A DNA stretch of 64,000 nucleotides from Ramazzottius varieornatus (GCA_001949185.1 BDGG01000012.1:1356973-1420972), one strand, 5' to 3'. Positions 26,201 through 38,158 are shown, counted from the stretch's first letter. Numbers and translations: made by a program. The notes: generated by a model not told the origin, from the letters alone.

Positions 26201-26905
26201 CGTCACGACAGAATACCCAGAGGCAGCAGCCTTGCTGTTCACAGGAAGCCACGCTTCGGGAAAGCCATAACAGCCTTGCAAGCTGATGGTGATCAGGTTG
26301 AATTTACCTCTGATGGACGGTGGAACTACCGGCTTTGGTGCTTTTATTGCTAAACGACATTCTGGCTTGTCGCAATCTCCCACAACCAAGGGTGCGTTCT
26401 TCTCCACTGCTGTTGGGGAAGGTGCAGCATGAAAGATAGTCCAGGCACCTTCGAGTTCCGACTGCCCTTTGACCAGTGGTAACAGGTCCACAGAGCACTG
26501 GCCCAGAAGTTCTAGCTTCTCTTCCGACGCTCTCTTCTTGTCTTTCGCAACCACTGGGATACTTTCATAGAAGTTGAGCAAAAGCGGCAAGTAAATCAAA
26601 TTTTCGATGTCCTGAAAAGCCGTGATGGACAACGGAAGTACCACCCGCAAGTCTAGCGTATGCGACAAGGACGTGATCTGTACTCTGGGGGCTTCGGCCA
26701 CATTGTCCGTGTTTAGTATGAACACCTTGCTCACCATCGTCCATCCCGAGTCTTTGCTTTTGGATCGATTCAAGTTGGACACATGCGTCAGAACAATCTC
26801 CAGATCTAAATTCCATGCCTCGAACAGCTCCGATGAAGGAACTGGATCTATAGCATCTGGCTTTGAAACCACAGGACTGCTGGAATTAGCTCCTGCCGTC
26901 GGCAT
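23211..26905 (-). CDS. CFAP70: Cilia- and flagella-associated protein 70 (TTC18; C2-like plus TPR repeats)
   Basis: KDKKRASEEKLELLGQCSVDLLPLVKG, HGVAFVDMKPLLYPGAT, LKEQLK..I..L..EKY and C-terminal TPRs (TWLGCGRAC..LQEANYLDNKNPDVW); four large exons. Confidence 0.85.
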
Positions 26906-28355
26906 GAGCAATTATGACTGCGCCACTGACCGAGAACATCATAAAAATATAATCACAATTTTCGCGAATCTTGCCGAGTGATACACCCCTTCCCGGACGA
27001 CAACCTTTCTAATCTTGGTATCCGCATTTGTTAATTGACAGCTGCGTATGTACACCACTGTGATTCTGTGAATGTTGCTAAGATGAGGGAGCATCAGTTT
27101 TACTGCAGCCTAAGCCGAGAAATCCTAAGACCTTCGTTCCGCTCAATCGAGCAGCTTCGAGCTGTCATGACAAACGGGCAACAAACTGAATTCATTCGGG
27201 TGTTTTATGGCGGTATCGGTCTTCGTCGGAAAGTAGCATTTCAGTTTTCAAGAACTAGTTTCCGACCTACAAGTGAAGGTACTGAAAAAATGAGAAACAG
27301 AGTTTATCCTCATCAGCATCGCCAGCGTCACCTCGACCAGATCCGTCATCCTTGCCCTTCTGGGCATTTCGTCGTTTGACGCGACCAGGTCGGCCACAGC
27401 CGAATGGACTTCTCAGCGACAGCCAGAAGTCAATGTTTTTTGGGAATCCAGACGATCGGAACGCGAACCATGATGAAGTCAAACCGATTCCTACGAAACA
27501 GAGCTCCAGCACCTGAACGGTTTCGCGTAGTCAGCGCTACCTCTATTCTTGTCAACTCCAATAATCACTTGCAGGGGAACAACTCCAACCTGAAGACATA
27601 ATAATATGAGGTCCTCGTCGGTCGTCGCCTCGACCTCTATGGTTCTCACACTCTTGCGGCGTGGAAGCGGTGTAGGTGTGGCTAACTTCCGCACCGCTGC
27701 AGTTACGCTTCCGTACAATTGACGGATTATTACACTCGGCGGCTGTCGGACGGCGACGGAAGTCCTCTTGCTGACACGTGCTGGTTCCATAAAGCGCAAC
27801 ATAGGAAAGCGCATCATGTGTTTTCCGCAACATGCCAGAGGTGAGCCCTGAGGTGTGAGTGTTTCCCTGTTCTATTGGGAGGTGAGAAGTTTGGAATATG
27901 CTACGCGATTTTGTACTTTGAATATTTTTTTTTCATCAAAGTTCCGGCAGTATTTCGTGTCTTCGCCGATCTACAACTTCCTTCGTCTCTTCCTCTCGTC
28001 GGTAGAATTTTTGATCTGGCGTCCTGCTCTAACCATGTCCAGCTTCCGGTTTCCTTGTTCTCCAACTGGCCCAGCTGTCGTAACTACCACCACTCGCGGC
28101 ATATGTCGGAACACGCCTTGCAACGGTTGCCAGTCGTCATTGGCGTCGAAAAAGCTAAATTTTGACCTAAATTTATTCTTTTTTAAAAAATGGAAAAATC
28201 ATTTGGAACTGGGTGATTTGCTCCTATGGGCCCAAGAACGCGTCTAACAACATCAAATTGCCGGTTTTATTAAGGGGCATTCGATAACCAACGCGCATGT
28301 CTGCGCACCCACAAGTAACGATTGAGCAGTGGTCACCCTTTCCCCTATGCAAGGG

Positions 28356-28508
28356 TGTGCACGCGCCCAGCCTGACTGATGCAATGGAAAAAACAGCTGG
28401 CAGCCGGTCGAAAGCAGCAACGTACATCAAATTAAGGTGGCCATTACCGCTTTCGGCCGGCTGCCAACTCTTTTGTCCATGCCAACAGTTAGGCCAGGCG
28501 CATGTACA
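28356..28508. mobile_element. ~153-bp palindromic MITE-like foldback element
   Basis: Arms 28356-28415 and 28449-28508 are reverse complements at 48/60 positions; weaker pairing continues inward to an AAATTAA loop. Confidence 0.6.
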
Positions 28509-29039
28509 GTAGTGTTTTTTTGGGGAGAATTTTTGTTGCAGAGTTCTTGCTGCGGTCAGGCGTGTACTATTGATATCTGCGTGAAGTCAGAGGAGCAGGA
28601 GTGCGAACGGGGTGGTGACGGCATAATTTCTGACCTATTCGAAATACGGAACTACACTGTAATTAGCCCTTGATTCCCCGTACAACTGGACATGATGATT
28701 CCATGTCATTGTTGGCAGTGGGAGTAAGACTGGAATGTTTAGGTGGTGGTGGAACATATCCCTTCATTCATCACGTTGGACCCTTACTGCTGACTTTCGG
28801 CCGTTAGACCTCTAACGTATCAACGAGGTATGGATCGCCGCCTATTTCCAACAGGGTTCGGGTCAGAACTGACTGGTGATAGTGATTAATCATTTCATCG
28901 ATTAATCAAGTGGCAATCAAATCAACGGAAAGCAGATCCGCAGTCCACTCTGTTTTTAGTAAAATACCATGTTTCGACAGGTATTGCGGCGGAGATATCA
29001 TGGGATGTCGGCAAATGAACTGAACAAGATCCCTATCTC

Positions 29040-31260
29040 ATTTGGTGTTCGTGTCCATTGCTACCGGCACAGAGAGTGAGCGCCTCTGGGAAAACCACCA
29101 GGTGAACTCATTTGCGGACGTCTCATCCGCGCTATACACACAGATGACCGAAATTGTTAGAATAGAAATTGCGCGGGATGATGAAGATGAGCAGCTCGTT
29201 GTCAAATCTAGGTCCTTTTGACCCGCTTTGTTTTGTTCTGAGAGTTTTATGTTCCGAACAAACCCATCGAAAGACTGTTGCTTTCCATATTCCACATGCT
29301 CTTTCAATTCGTCCAGCAGCTCAGCAGTTCTTGTTGCGCTAAGACCGGCAGGTTCGAACGTCGTTTTGGGTGCTGATGGATAGGATGGTTGTTTTGTGCT
29401 AGTGGCAGCGCTGCGGAAAAGAAAACATGGTTCAGAACAGGCTGATATGACTGCCCAGAAAACGTAAATGAAAGTAGCGAGTACTTTGCGGACGCAGTAG
29501 AAAAAGTTTTGGGAACATGTAAGAACTTTACTTCGCGGACCTGCGCCGGCTGTTCATGTTCTCGAACCACGTTTCCATCAGGACCACCTTCCTGGTCGGA
29601 ATGTTTCAACACGATACCTTTATCAGTTTTGGAAAACTTAAAGTGGTAGGACGACTATATTACGACCACGGGCTCGTAACGCTCATCAAGGTGTGTCTTC
29701 CAGTCAAACCATTTGAAATCGGGTTCATCGGAGTACTTGCATGTTGTCGTATTCGGAAAGTCATTTCCGACAGTCGTCTTGAGATCTTCCGGCAGATCTG
29801 TGTTCCGACTACGAAATACCTTTTTCCATCGGCCGAAGAGAGCATCGGGGGTGAACTTTGTGTGACCGACAAGTAGGAAGTGCGTCTCCACATCTTTATA
29901 CCTGTCGGTTTTCATCAGGCGGGCCCAATAAGCCATTAGAAACCGGTTCCTGTTTTGTCCGGCGCAGTTGTCGCAATACACAACCAAAACCTTTTCGCCA
30001 TGGTCATGCTTCTTCAAGTAGTAATCGACCATGGAAATCACCGCGTAAGGTCCGTGAGATTCCTTTCCGTCCAGTCCGATGGTTTCTGTTTCATCGGCAA
30101 GATAGTAAATGAAGTGTTGTCGCGCTGGGTCTTCCAGGCTGAACAACTGGCAGTTCAGCTGGACCTGTAAACAAAAATATCAACGTTGTCTCCATAGACT
30201 TCGCCAACTTCGAACCCCAGCTGAAACCCCGTAAAGGCTGGGGTTCGTTGTAATCTTGATTACTTCTCAGCTGCGTACCTTGCTAGCTATGAAAACATCA
30301 CGTTTGAGTTGTTCCGATAGTAGGCGAGCTTACCTTAAAATAAATAGGTCCCGCTTGGTCGGTATGGTTTGGAACACCCGCGGACTGCGCGAGGTCGGAA
30401 GCAATAACGCGCTTTGCATTTTCGCCCGCTGGAAACTTGCTGCCCTCCAAGAAACCATTCTGTTTGTAGCTTGCGATGCTGCTTTCCATGTGGCTGACGT
30501 ATTTGTCCGCCCTTTGCTTGTGTACTGTCCACTTCGCCAACAGATCATCATTTCTTTCGACAGTGATATATGCGGCTGGAGTACTGATCGCAGTTATTGC
30601 ACATGTCGCTGCGCAGACCTCGGACTTTCACGTGCGGTACCAACTGCTTCCACACCTTAAGATAGGTGTTCTTGCTGACACCCTTTTCCGGACCGTCCTT
30701 CGGAAACTGAAGGTACTTACCGTACAAGACCGTGGAAGAAAGATTCGAAGGTAGATAGATCGATGGTGGTTTGGATGCTGCCCGTGCTGGCGTTGGCATC
30801 GGCAATCCGAATAAGCTGGCTTTCTGAAGGAGAAAGCTCGCCGTCAGCAAAGATCGTAGCTTTGGCAGCGCTCGACCACGACTGCCTGGTGGTTTTACAA
30901 CACTAAACCCGCCATTTTTGTGAGAGGTTCACACCCGGTAGACAGTGTTGGTCGACGCTGCATTTGCAAAGCAGAAAGCTTTAAGACATAACGATCGATC
31001 AGCACTAAAAGAATACTTCGATGAGAGCCCTTCTCAAACACTGCACGAAGAGCCATAGATAGCATCGAAGCCAGACATAGTCATCGTTCATGCCGGGACA
31101 TTTCCTTCATTGTACATCGGCTTCCTTGATAGAACTCTTTACTGATGGTCAAGTGACACCGCGGGCCACATGATGCTTGATTGCTGATGAAGTCGCTGTA
31201 CAGGCCATCTTCTTTATCAGCATTCAACACGATCTTCCCCCCACGGTCTATCGATGGCCG
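29040..31260 (-). pseudogene. Decayed Sola-like (DDD) DNA-transposon transposase with an intron
   Basis: IYLPSN, RSDMCNNC, ASDLAQ..GPIYFK/intron ~30167-30332/..YLADE, YCDNCAGQNRN, FLLVGHTKFTPDALFG and YHFKF. Frameshift near 30560; in-frame stop at 29655-29657. Confidence 0.75.
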
Positions 31261-32409
31261 GAGCAGGAACCAAAAATGAACACATGGCTGTAATGGCTAT
31301 CGTATGTGCGAATGCGCTAATTGTAGGGAAGGCGAAAGTGTCACTTCCTGTTTCAGAGGGGCATTGTCCACCCACATACGTATTCGAACCGCAGTGACTA
31401 GTTCACACTGTATGCAGGTGATCGAGATAACCACAGGCTGGGGATTCGGAAATCATTCGATGACCTGCGAACAACGTACATCGCGAGCAACTCTGTGCAC
31501 CTGTATGCCGTTACTTGAAGCTACGGCTTTTGTGTTTTAGATTGTACGCCTTCCGTACTTTAGGAGTGACGGATGCTACTACATACCTGTTGATTATCGT
31601 TCGTAGCCATCGCCTCAAGTTTATCGCTCGTCAAATTATCTTCCGATATCATCTGTTCCATATTTCCCATACGGCGAGTTCTCGCTGATTATTCCATTTT
31701 CATCCTCCACGTCCACTTGATCGACGTCCTTCTATTGCGCGTCGTCGTTCCGGGCGATTAGGAAGGTGTCCTGCTGAAAATCCATGTCTTCGAAACCATG
31801 TACGCACAGCGGAACTTTTGCCGGCTGTGCAACCACTCTTGTGATACTTTCCTATTCTTCATCTGCACAAATGACAAAAAGAATAGGGTTTTTTTGCAGC
31901 ATGCTTTGGTCACATGAAATAAATCACATGCTCCACAATTTCGCCTTCATTTCTCTCCATCACTAAAATTATTTCGTCTGTACTGTAATCACGCAAACAT
32001 TCGAAATAATTCACTGTGAGCCTTCAATTAACTATACAAGGGAATAAGCGCTTGCGATCTCGTAATCAATTATGATTTTCAACTGCAGTAACACAATTGG
32101 AAATTGTGTTACTGCAGCTTCAGCCAACTCACAAGCATGCAATAACTCAAAGAAAAACTGATCATGAAAAATTCATTGTACCATAATGCTGCTTTCTGTG
32201 CCTACCTGAAAGATCGGTATCCGTATCCGAATTATCTCCATCTTGGTCATCTTCATCGTTTGATGTTTCAAGTTGTGACGATAAATAACTGCAGGTGGAA
32301 GTGTCAGGTCCGCTTCTCGTTCTGTTGCTTGTCGCGAGGTGGCGCCACGGACGATCTCAGGTTGTGCATGTTGGCCGGAGGCTGCTGTCCCAAGTGCCAT
32401 GTGGCCATT

Positions 32410-32560
32410 TAACGTGCTCGAGCATTTTGGCCGAATATGGTCAAGCAGATAGGGAACGTGGGAATTGACAAGACGAGTGCCACAACCTTTGCATATTGCA
32501 GGATAACGTTTTCCTACTTTTGCCGGTTCCCTGTGGAAAAGCTCCAAATAGGATGGAACA
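32410..32560 (-). pseudogene. BED-type zinc-finger coding fragment (probably transposon-derived)
   Basis: YLELF..YPAICKGCGTRL..YLLDHIRPKC fits the BED aromatic-CxxC-H-x3/4-C pattern; downstream acidic exons contain stops. Confidence 0.55.
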
Positions 32561-33157
32561 AATTGTCCGCCATTGCTAAGCTTGTAAGCAATGTTACAAG
32601 AGCACGGAAGCCGCACGATGCGATCTCCAACGCATCAAATATTTGTTCCAGTTTTTTCCACGCTGAGAACCATAGTTTTACGGTGACGCACACCGGTTCA
32701 TCACGGACAAGAGTGTTACTACGACTCTCAGACGTTGAACGTTCGCAAACGCCGTGCAATCACACGAGAAGAACCACTTGTCGAACGTTTCTCGTCCTCA
32801 CTTGCCATCTTTCCTCACAAGAAATTCCCCTTCCTACTCTTTCGTTTGCGGTATCTCCGCTTCCTAAATCCCGGAATAGATCATGGACACCGCCGGCATT
32901 GCTCTGCTTGCCTTCGTCATGGTATGGTTCTGGTTCTGGAGTACTCGGCAACTGGCTAGCCTTACTCCACGGAGTGGCTCCACACATCTTGTCAGCTGTC
33001 ACGCCCATACTCAAAGGGATAGGGCATGTAAGTCTACTGAGTAAAACGATAACTAGACGTTCTAGTACGAACTTCTGTTTGTGATTTTTTTCAGATATTT
33101 TTGGAAAAAAATTTGCTTCTCAGGTCTCATGATCACTGTACGAGATCCTTTGTGATC

Positions 33158-33646
33158 ATGTGTGGTGCCATGTTGCAGATGGTTAGTCAGCGATACGGGA
33201 ACTTCATGACAGCGGACCAGGTCAGCGCGAAATTGGTGGAATATGCCCAAGAGTTCAACAGAATGATGGAACACCGCTGCGATGTCCAGAAGCGATCATT
33301 GATGGACCACCATTCCATGCACAAAATCGCTGCTGTGGCTCTCGTAGCAGCTTTGGTCTCGATGGTGTGTGCCTTTGCCGTCACCGTCCCCGTTTTGCGT
33401 GGCAGAATCAACGCTCTCCAGGTTCACCAGCGCGATGTGATGCTGGCCATGCAGAACGTTTCCACCTTGCCACGCCCTGGACAGGTTGCACGCGGTTGAT
33501 CGAGCAGAGTTCGCCGTCACAGGTATAAATGCCAGCATCCGTTCGAATTTGTCTTCCTTCGACTATACGTTCTTATTAATATATACATATTTTTGAATAT
33601 TGTCTGAGACTGATGTTTTGTTTCTGTTTCAGGGTCTGCCACCGTA
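33158..33646 (+). CDS. Possible small single-pass membrane protein (uncertain)
   Basis: ~110-aa ORF with hydrophobic helix KIAAVALVAALVSMVCAFAVTVPVL; candidate acceptor at ~33631. Confidence 0.3.
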
Positions 33647-34099
33647 ACCGGAGCCATTATCCGCACCGGAGGATTATCCGTTCCTCATTAGCTTCACACT
33701 GACTGCGCTTTGTCCCATACCGCTATTATAATATTGCAGTAATACCCGCTTGTCGGGGTACCCGGGAAACAATCTCGGGATGATCGCTGTTCATGTGGCA
33801 CACATTACCGGCCAACAGGATTGAAAACTGCGCCACACAAGACAGTGATTCTTCCGAGATCGTTTGCAGGCTCCCCATCTTGGTCTCGGCCATCTATACT
33901 CTTCGTCTTGTACGCCCGTATGAATCACCGCTGTCGACTTTGTGCTGTTTCACCACGACCTGACGGTCCTCAACATATAGGCAAAGAAAGGCCACAGTTC
34001 GCTCATTCGCGATAGTTCAAAGTTCAACCATAACCAGTGTAGGACCCTTATCTGCCGAAGTGATATCCCGCTTAATGTCCATCTGCCCCCCCCCCCCAT

Positions 34100-34149
34100 N
34101 NNNNNNNNNNNNNNNNNNNNNNNNNNNNNNNNNNNNNNNNNNNNNNNNN
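34100..34149. other. Assembly gap (50 N)
   Basis: Run of N flanked on both sides by TG-poly(C)-AT. Confidence 0.99.
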
Positions 34150-34434
34150 TTTGCCCCCCCCCCCCATGAGCTTTGCACGATGAGATAATCCGATGAGTGC
34201 TACACAAGGCTGCATCAGCCGTTTCAACTCGCCCCTAACTGCCCCAGATGGAAACATCGATTCCTGAACATTTTTGGCCATTGACCAAATCACCCAGTCC
34301 GAAATGACTTTCTTCAAATAGGAAACTGTAAACTGTAAGTCATCGTTAATTTTCAAAATTTCGAAGTCCAAAGACCGACACCGAATCCTGAAAACAACTC
34401 TTTGGAATTTTCAAAAACAGTTATTCGTCAATCA

Positions 34435-35471
34435 TAGTACCATTGACGACAAAAACATCAAAATATGCCCAATCAACGATCAAGAGAAGAGCACATGATC
34501 ACAGGGCGGTACAATCAGAAGCTTTGATTCGACTTTACTGAAATCACAGCTGGAATCACAAGCCTCCACAACCCACATCACCAGTTGGTTCGCAAACCGT
34601 TATTGAGCAAGAAATCTTCTAGTCGCTTTTCCATGGTACTGTACAGCTTTCTATACAGCTCAGAAGTTACGAGTTTGTCCCACGCTTCATACAGTAAGGC
34701 TTCTAAATCTTTCTTCGTGCTAGGACATCGTTTACCAATTTAACGCCATATGATGTTCCATACGTTTTCGATCAGCTTCATATCCGGGGAAAGAGACTGG
34801 CTTCGTCACTGAAGGCAACGTAGTTCAGGTAGTTCTTGTCCTTCTTTAGCCTGTCCAATAGATCAAGAGCCCAAAATACGCGCATTGTTCGATGATGATA
34901 AGTGAGAGGATTCTTGACAGGAGTGACAATCCTGGCGCTACATGCTTTGAGACGACGCTGAACAGTACGTTCACTGAGTTTGGGTCGTTTTCCGGTGAGC
35001 GAGTCCAAAGCAACCTTCATGATTCTGCCTGCTGGCCAGTCTCGTGCTTGACAGTTGTGAGAGAGATGGCGGATAGTGTCGTCCAGTTGATCGGAAGATG
35101 GTTTCGGTCGTCCCATCTTCTTGGCGAAATCACCGCGAGCAGCCTGATCCTTGAGATTCAGTGACCAGCTCCGAGATCGTCCGAAATACTCCCCGGTCTT
35201 TGCCCAGCTTACGTTCTCATCTCTCATTCTCCTTACGGCACTCACTACAGGCTCACTGGTTCTTTTCCCGCGTCCCAGCCTGAAATTCAGACCACAAAGC
35301 ATTCAAAGAGGTACAATTCGAGACTCAAAAAGAAAAACCTGTTGCAAGCTGAACAGCTAGCTTCACCGGAAGTCAAATCAAAGCTTCTGATTGTACCGCC
35401 CTGTGGTCATGTGCTCTTCTCTTGATCGTTTGATTAGGCATGTTTTGATGTTTTTGTCGTCAATGGTACTA
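34435..35471 (-). mobile_element. Tc1/mariner element with ~100-bp TIRs and an internally deleted transposase
   Basis: TIRs 34435-34535 and 35370-35471 (TAGTACCATTGACGACAAAAACATCAAAA...) with TA at both ends. Protein has HTH..GRPK..SERTVQRRL..VAFSDEA joined out of frame to SPDMKLIENVW..EAWDKL..STMEKRL. Confidence 0.92.
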
Positions 35472-35474
35472 TCG

Positions 35475-35790
35475 ACCTGCATCAAGACACCGGGAAGAAT
35501 ACATTTCTTTCTCCCCATTGGTCGAAAAAATGTTGACATATATCCAGCTCACCTCTTCTGCACAAGTTGAATTCAATCCTGGGAACATATGAACCTCGGT
35601 AAGATCAAACACATTATTGTGTTGTATGATTCTGCATAACTTGTATATCGATATGGACGATCATACCAAGATCCAGTTTAATGCAAATTTATTGGATGAA
35701 GCTATTCTTGAATCGGATGAAACCGCGGACAAGCGAGAAATCCGAGGAAACTTCTTTAGAACCTTGGTGAGAAATGATATGCATTAACTC
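35475..35790 (+). pseudogene. PIF/Harbinger nuclease C-terminal remnant
   Basis: LCCMILHN at 35617-35640 matches the Harbinger ACxxLHN motif and is followed by an acidic tail and a G..R..V ending; frameshifted. Confidence 0.55.
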
Positions 35791-35819
35791 TTAACGATTA
35801 TCCATATCAGTCTAACGGT

Positions 35820-36700
35820 TCAGGAACAAAGCGGTGAAAATAGCAAAAGATTCAGCAATTTCTTTCGCGAATCAGCTGTCTGCTGGTTGGCGATCATGCT
35901 CTGCTGGTTTTGCTCGACCAGCTTCTCCTGATTATCGGCGAGCTTGGTCAGGGTCCTCATAGCTTCATCGGTGCAGGCCAGCAGCTGATCAACACGAACC
36001 AGCACTTCATCCTTCCCCGTCTTTACTTCTTTCCGCGTACTTTGTCGCACTTATCACGATCCGCGGAATATGCTCTGCCCGTTGGCCAGACTTGACTAGA
36101 GTCGTTCATCTCGTCATCTCCGAAGTCCCGTAGAGCCGTCGCGTCATTCTATCCTATAAAGAAACACTAGTCACAAGCCAGGGAAATCAAACGGGGTCGG
36201 TAATAAATAGACACAAACCGAACGGGGCTCGGCATACAAACTGTGCAAATCGTATTCCAGGTGGCGCACACCTCCAGCTAACAACACTGATAGCGTGCGC
36301 CATTTGGGAAAAAAATTCATTTTAAATTAGAAGCAAGCAGTCTTACCTCCAATGTTGGTCATTCCGTCGAGCGTGATGTCATCCCTGTCACCCAATTCAG
36401 CGTCAATCTGGTTAAAGAACGGTCAGGTAATCTTCCCAGCTCCGGTCTTCTTTCTTGGCGCGGTAGGTCTTGTCCAAATGTCGCTACTTCTCCCGGACTT
36501 GCGCGGCTGATGTATCGAAATCAGGGAAAGCTTCGACCATGGCCGCTTTCACCTTATTCCAATAGGTGATCTTTGAGCCGCAGACGAGATAGTCTTCCTT
36601 CATCTATTTCAGGCGAAGGTCTATCAGGCATCTGGAGAAACAACATGGATCAAAGATACCTTACTTTACGGACAAACTCAATTGATACTTTCGTGAGTCA
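35820..36700 (-). pseudogene. Myb/SANT-like (trihelix) accessory gene of a PIF/Harbinger element, decayed
   Basis: YWNKVKAAMVEAFPDFDTSAAQVREK*RHLDKTYR..KTGAGKIT*PFFNQIDAELG, plus a C-terminal coiled-coil ORF 35820-36050. Confidence 0.7.
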
Positions 36701-36894
36701 CGAAATTCACCTTGTCTGCGCCGGAGTCAAAGGACTTCTCTTAACAGATTCCGCATCTCCTTGTTCTATTGCTGCGCGTCTACGTTCTCCGGACATGATA
36801 AGAGAAACACCGAGACGGAAGGCGAAAAGGAAAACAATGTGTTTTTTCCCGGAACAGAAAGAGAAATGGCGCGAATAAAATTTGCAGATGCAAA

Positions 36895-37516
36895 TAGCGC
36901 TGACAAAAATACGATAAAATTCGATACGATATTTTTCGATACAATATCGGCGGATATTTTATTGCGGTCTTCGATATTTATTCGATATCGACATTTAGAT
37001 ACCACATTTTTCCGTTACCGTATTTTCGATATATCGTATCATATCGCAGCGATATATCGGTATTCCTGGAATTTTATTTTTTCGGGATTCCACCGGTTCA
37101 AGCCCAAAAACTCAGGAAGACGATTTCCACATACAGTATTGGTAAGATCGAAAGCGTCGGATGCAGCAAAGACATGACTATGCCAAGACTTCAGACACAT
37201 GGAAACCTGGACAGAATTAGTACCAGAACCGAATGAGCAAAGTGTGCTCAGTACACCATGGCCAAAATCAAGTCTTTGAAATCAGTTATGGTCTTCCACA
37301 AACGAGATATCACTGGCGAGTTTGCCATTCAGAAAAAATACCGATATATCGATAATATATCAATATGGCGCGATACGATATCGCCGAATATTTTATTGCG
37401 TTACTCGATATGAGCTTCGTATCGATATTTTCGATACGATATCTGCCGCATATTTTATCGCAAAGATTCGATATATTTCGATACGATATCGATATGTCGT
37501 ATCGTTGCCAGCACCA
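36895..37516. mobile_element. Non-autonomous hAT-type MITE (622 bp)
   Basis: Imperfect TIRs TAGCGCTGACAAAAATACGATA / TGTCGTATCGTTGCCAGCACCA (16/22 match); dense subterminal CGATA/TATCG repeats at both ends; 8-bp TSD GATGCAAA (36887-36894) versus GACGCAAA (37517-37524). Confidence 0.85.
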
Positions 37517-37842
37517 GACGCAAATCAAAGCCAGAAACTAACTAGCGAGGTTGCGATTGCTGGGTTGATCGCATCTGCCACCGTACTTTGTGAACGCTGG
37601 TTTGTCAGAATATTGTGGCTTAATGTATGGTTGATTGAAATCTCGCCTACCACACCAACTAGTTTTTTAGGCGTCCATAAAATCTACGATATTCCCTGTC
37701 GACTAAATGTACGCGGCCTAACAGGAATAATGAGTAAGGAACAGGGACAACTGCGGAACAGGATGGCGACTTTCAACCTTAAGAAATGAAATTCCCGATT
37801 TTACCGGAAAAGTTACAGGACTCACAGTTATTTTCGGGTTTT

Positions 37843-38158
37843 GGTTCACCGAGGGCTCTAGGGTAGACTTGCTGGGAATTGTCAGTTTTTGGTGAATCTG
37901 GCGAATTGAAAACGGGTACTGAGCGCGGGTGCGCACCTACTGAAAACGACAAGCACGTAACAACAACGGCTGTGGTACGTCTGATTTGGTTGAGCTCATG
38001 TCAACGGGAAACGACTATAAGACTGCTTGTTTGGTAAAAGTCTGCACACCGTGTTTTCAGCCTGCAAAGAAGGTCGGGCAAAGCAGGCAAACTCAGCCAA
38101 TAGCAGATTTTCTCCGAAAACGAAAAATTTCCAGCAAGTCTACTCTAGGGCGTGAACC
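37843..38158. mobile_element. MITE-like element with ~60-bp imperfect TIRs
   Basis: GGTTCAC..CTAGGGTAGACTTGCTGGGAATT versus AATTTCCAGCAAGTCTACTCTAG..GTGAACC; GG...CC termini flanked by TTT. Confidence 0.6.

Noticed and set aside
27030-28200. Short minus-strand ORFs with splice-like signals upstream of CFAP70
   Set aside because: Interrupted by stops in all frames with no identifiable family; possibly a relic but unsupported.
32437-33084. 215-aa plus-strand ORF
   Set aside because: No recognisable motif, non-ATG start, and antisense to the BED fragment.
36761-37789. ORFs of 138 and 155 aa rich in I/D/R/Y, and a CRISPR-like look of the repeats
   Set aside because: They are translations of CGATA subterminal repeats of the hAT MITE; there is no repeat-spacer periodicity and the DNA is eukaryotic.
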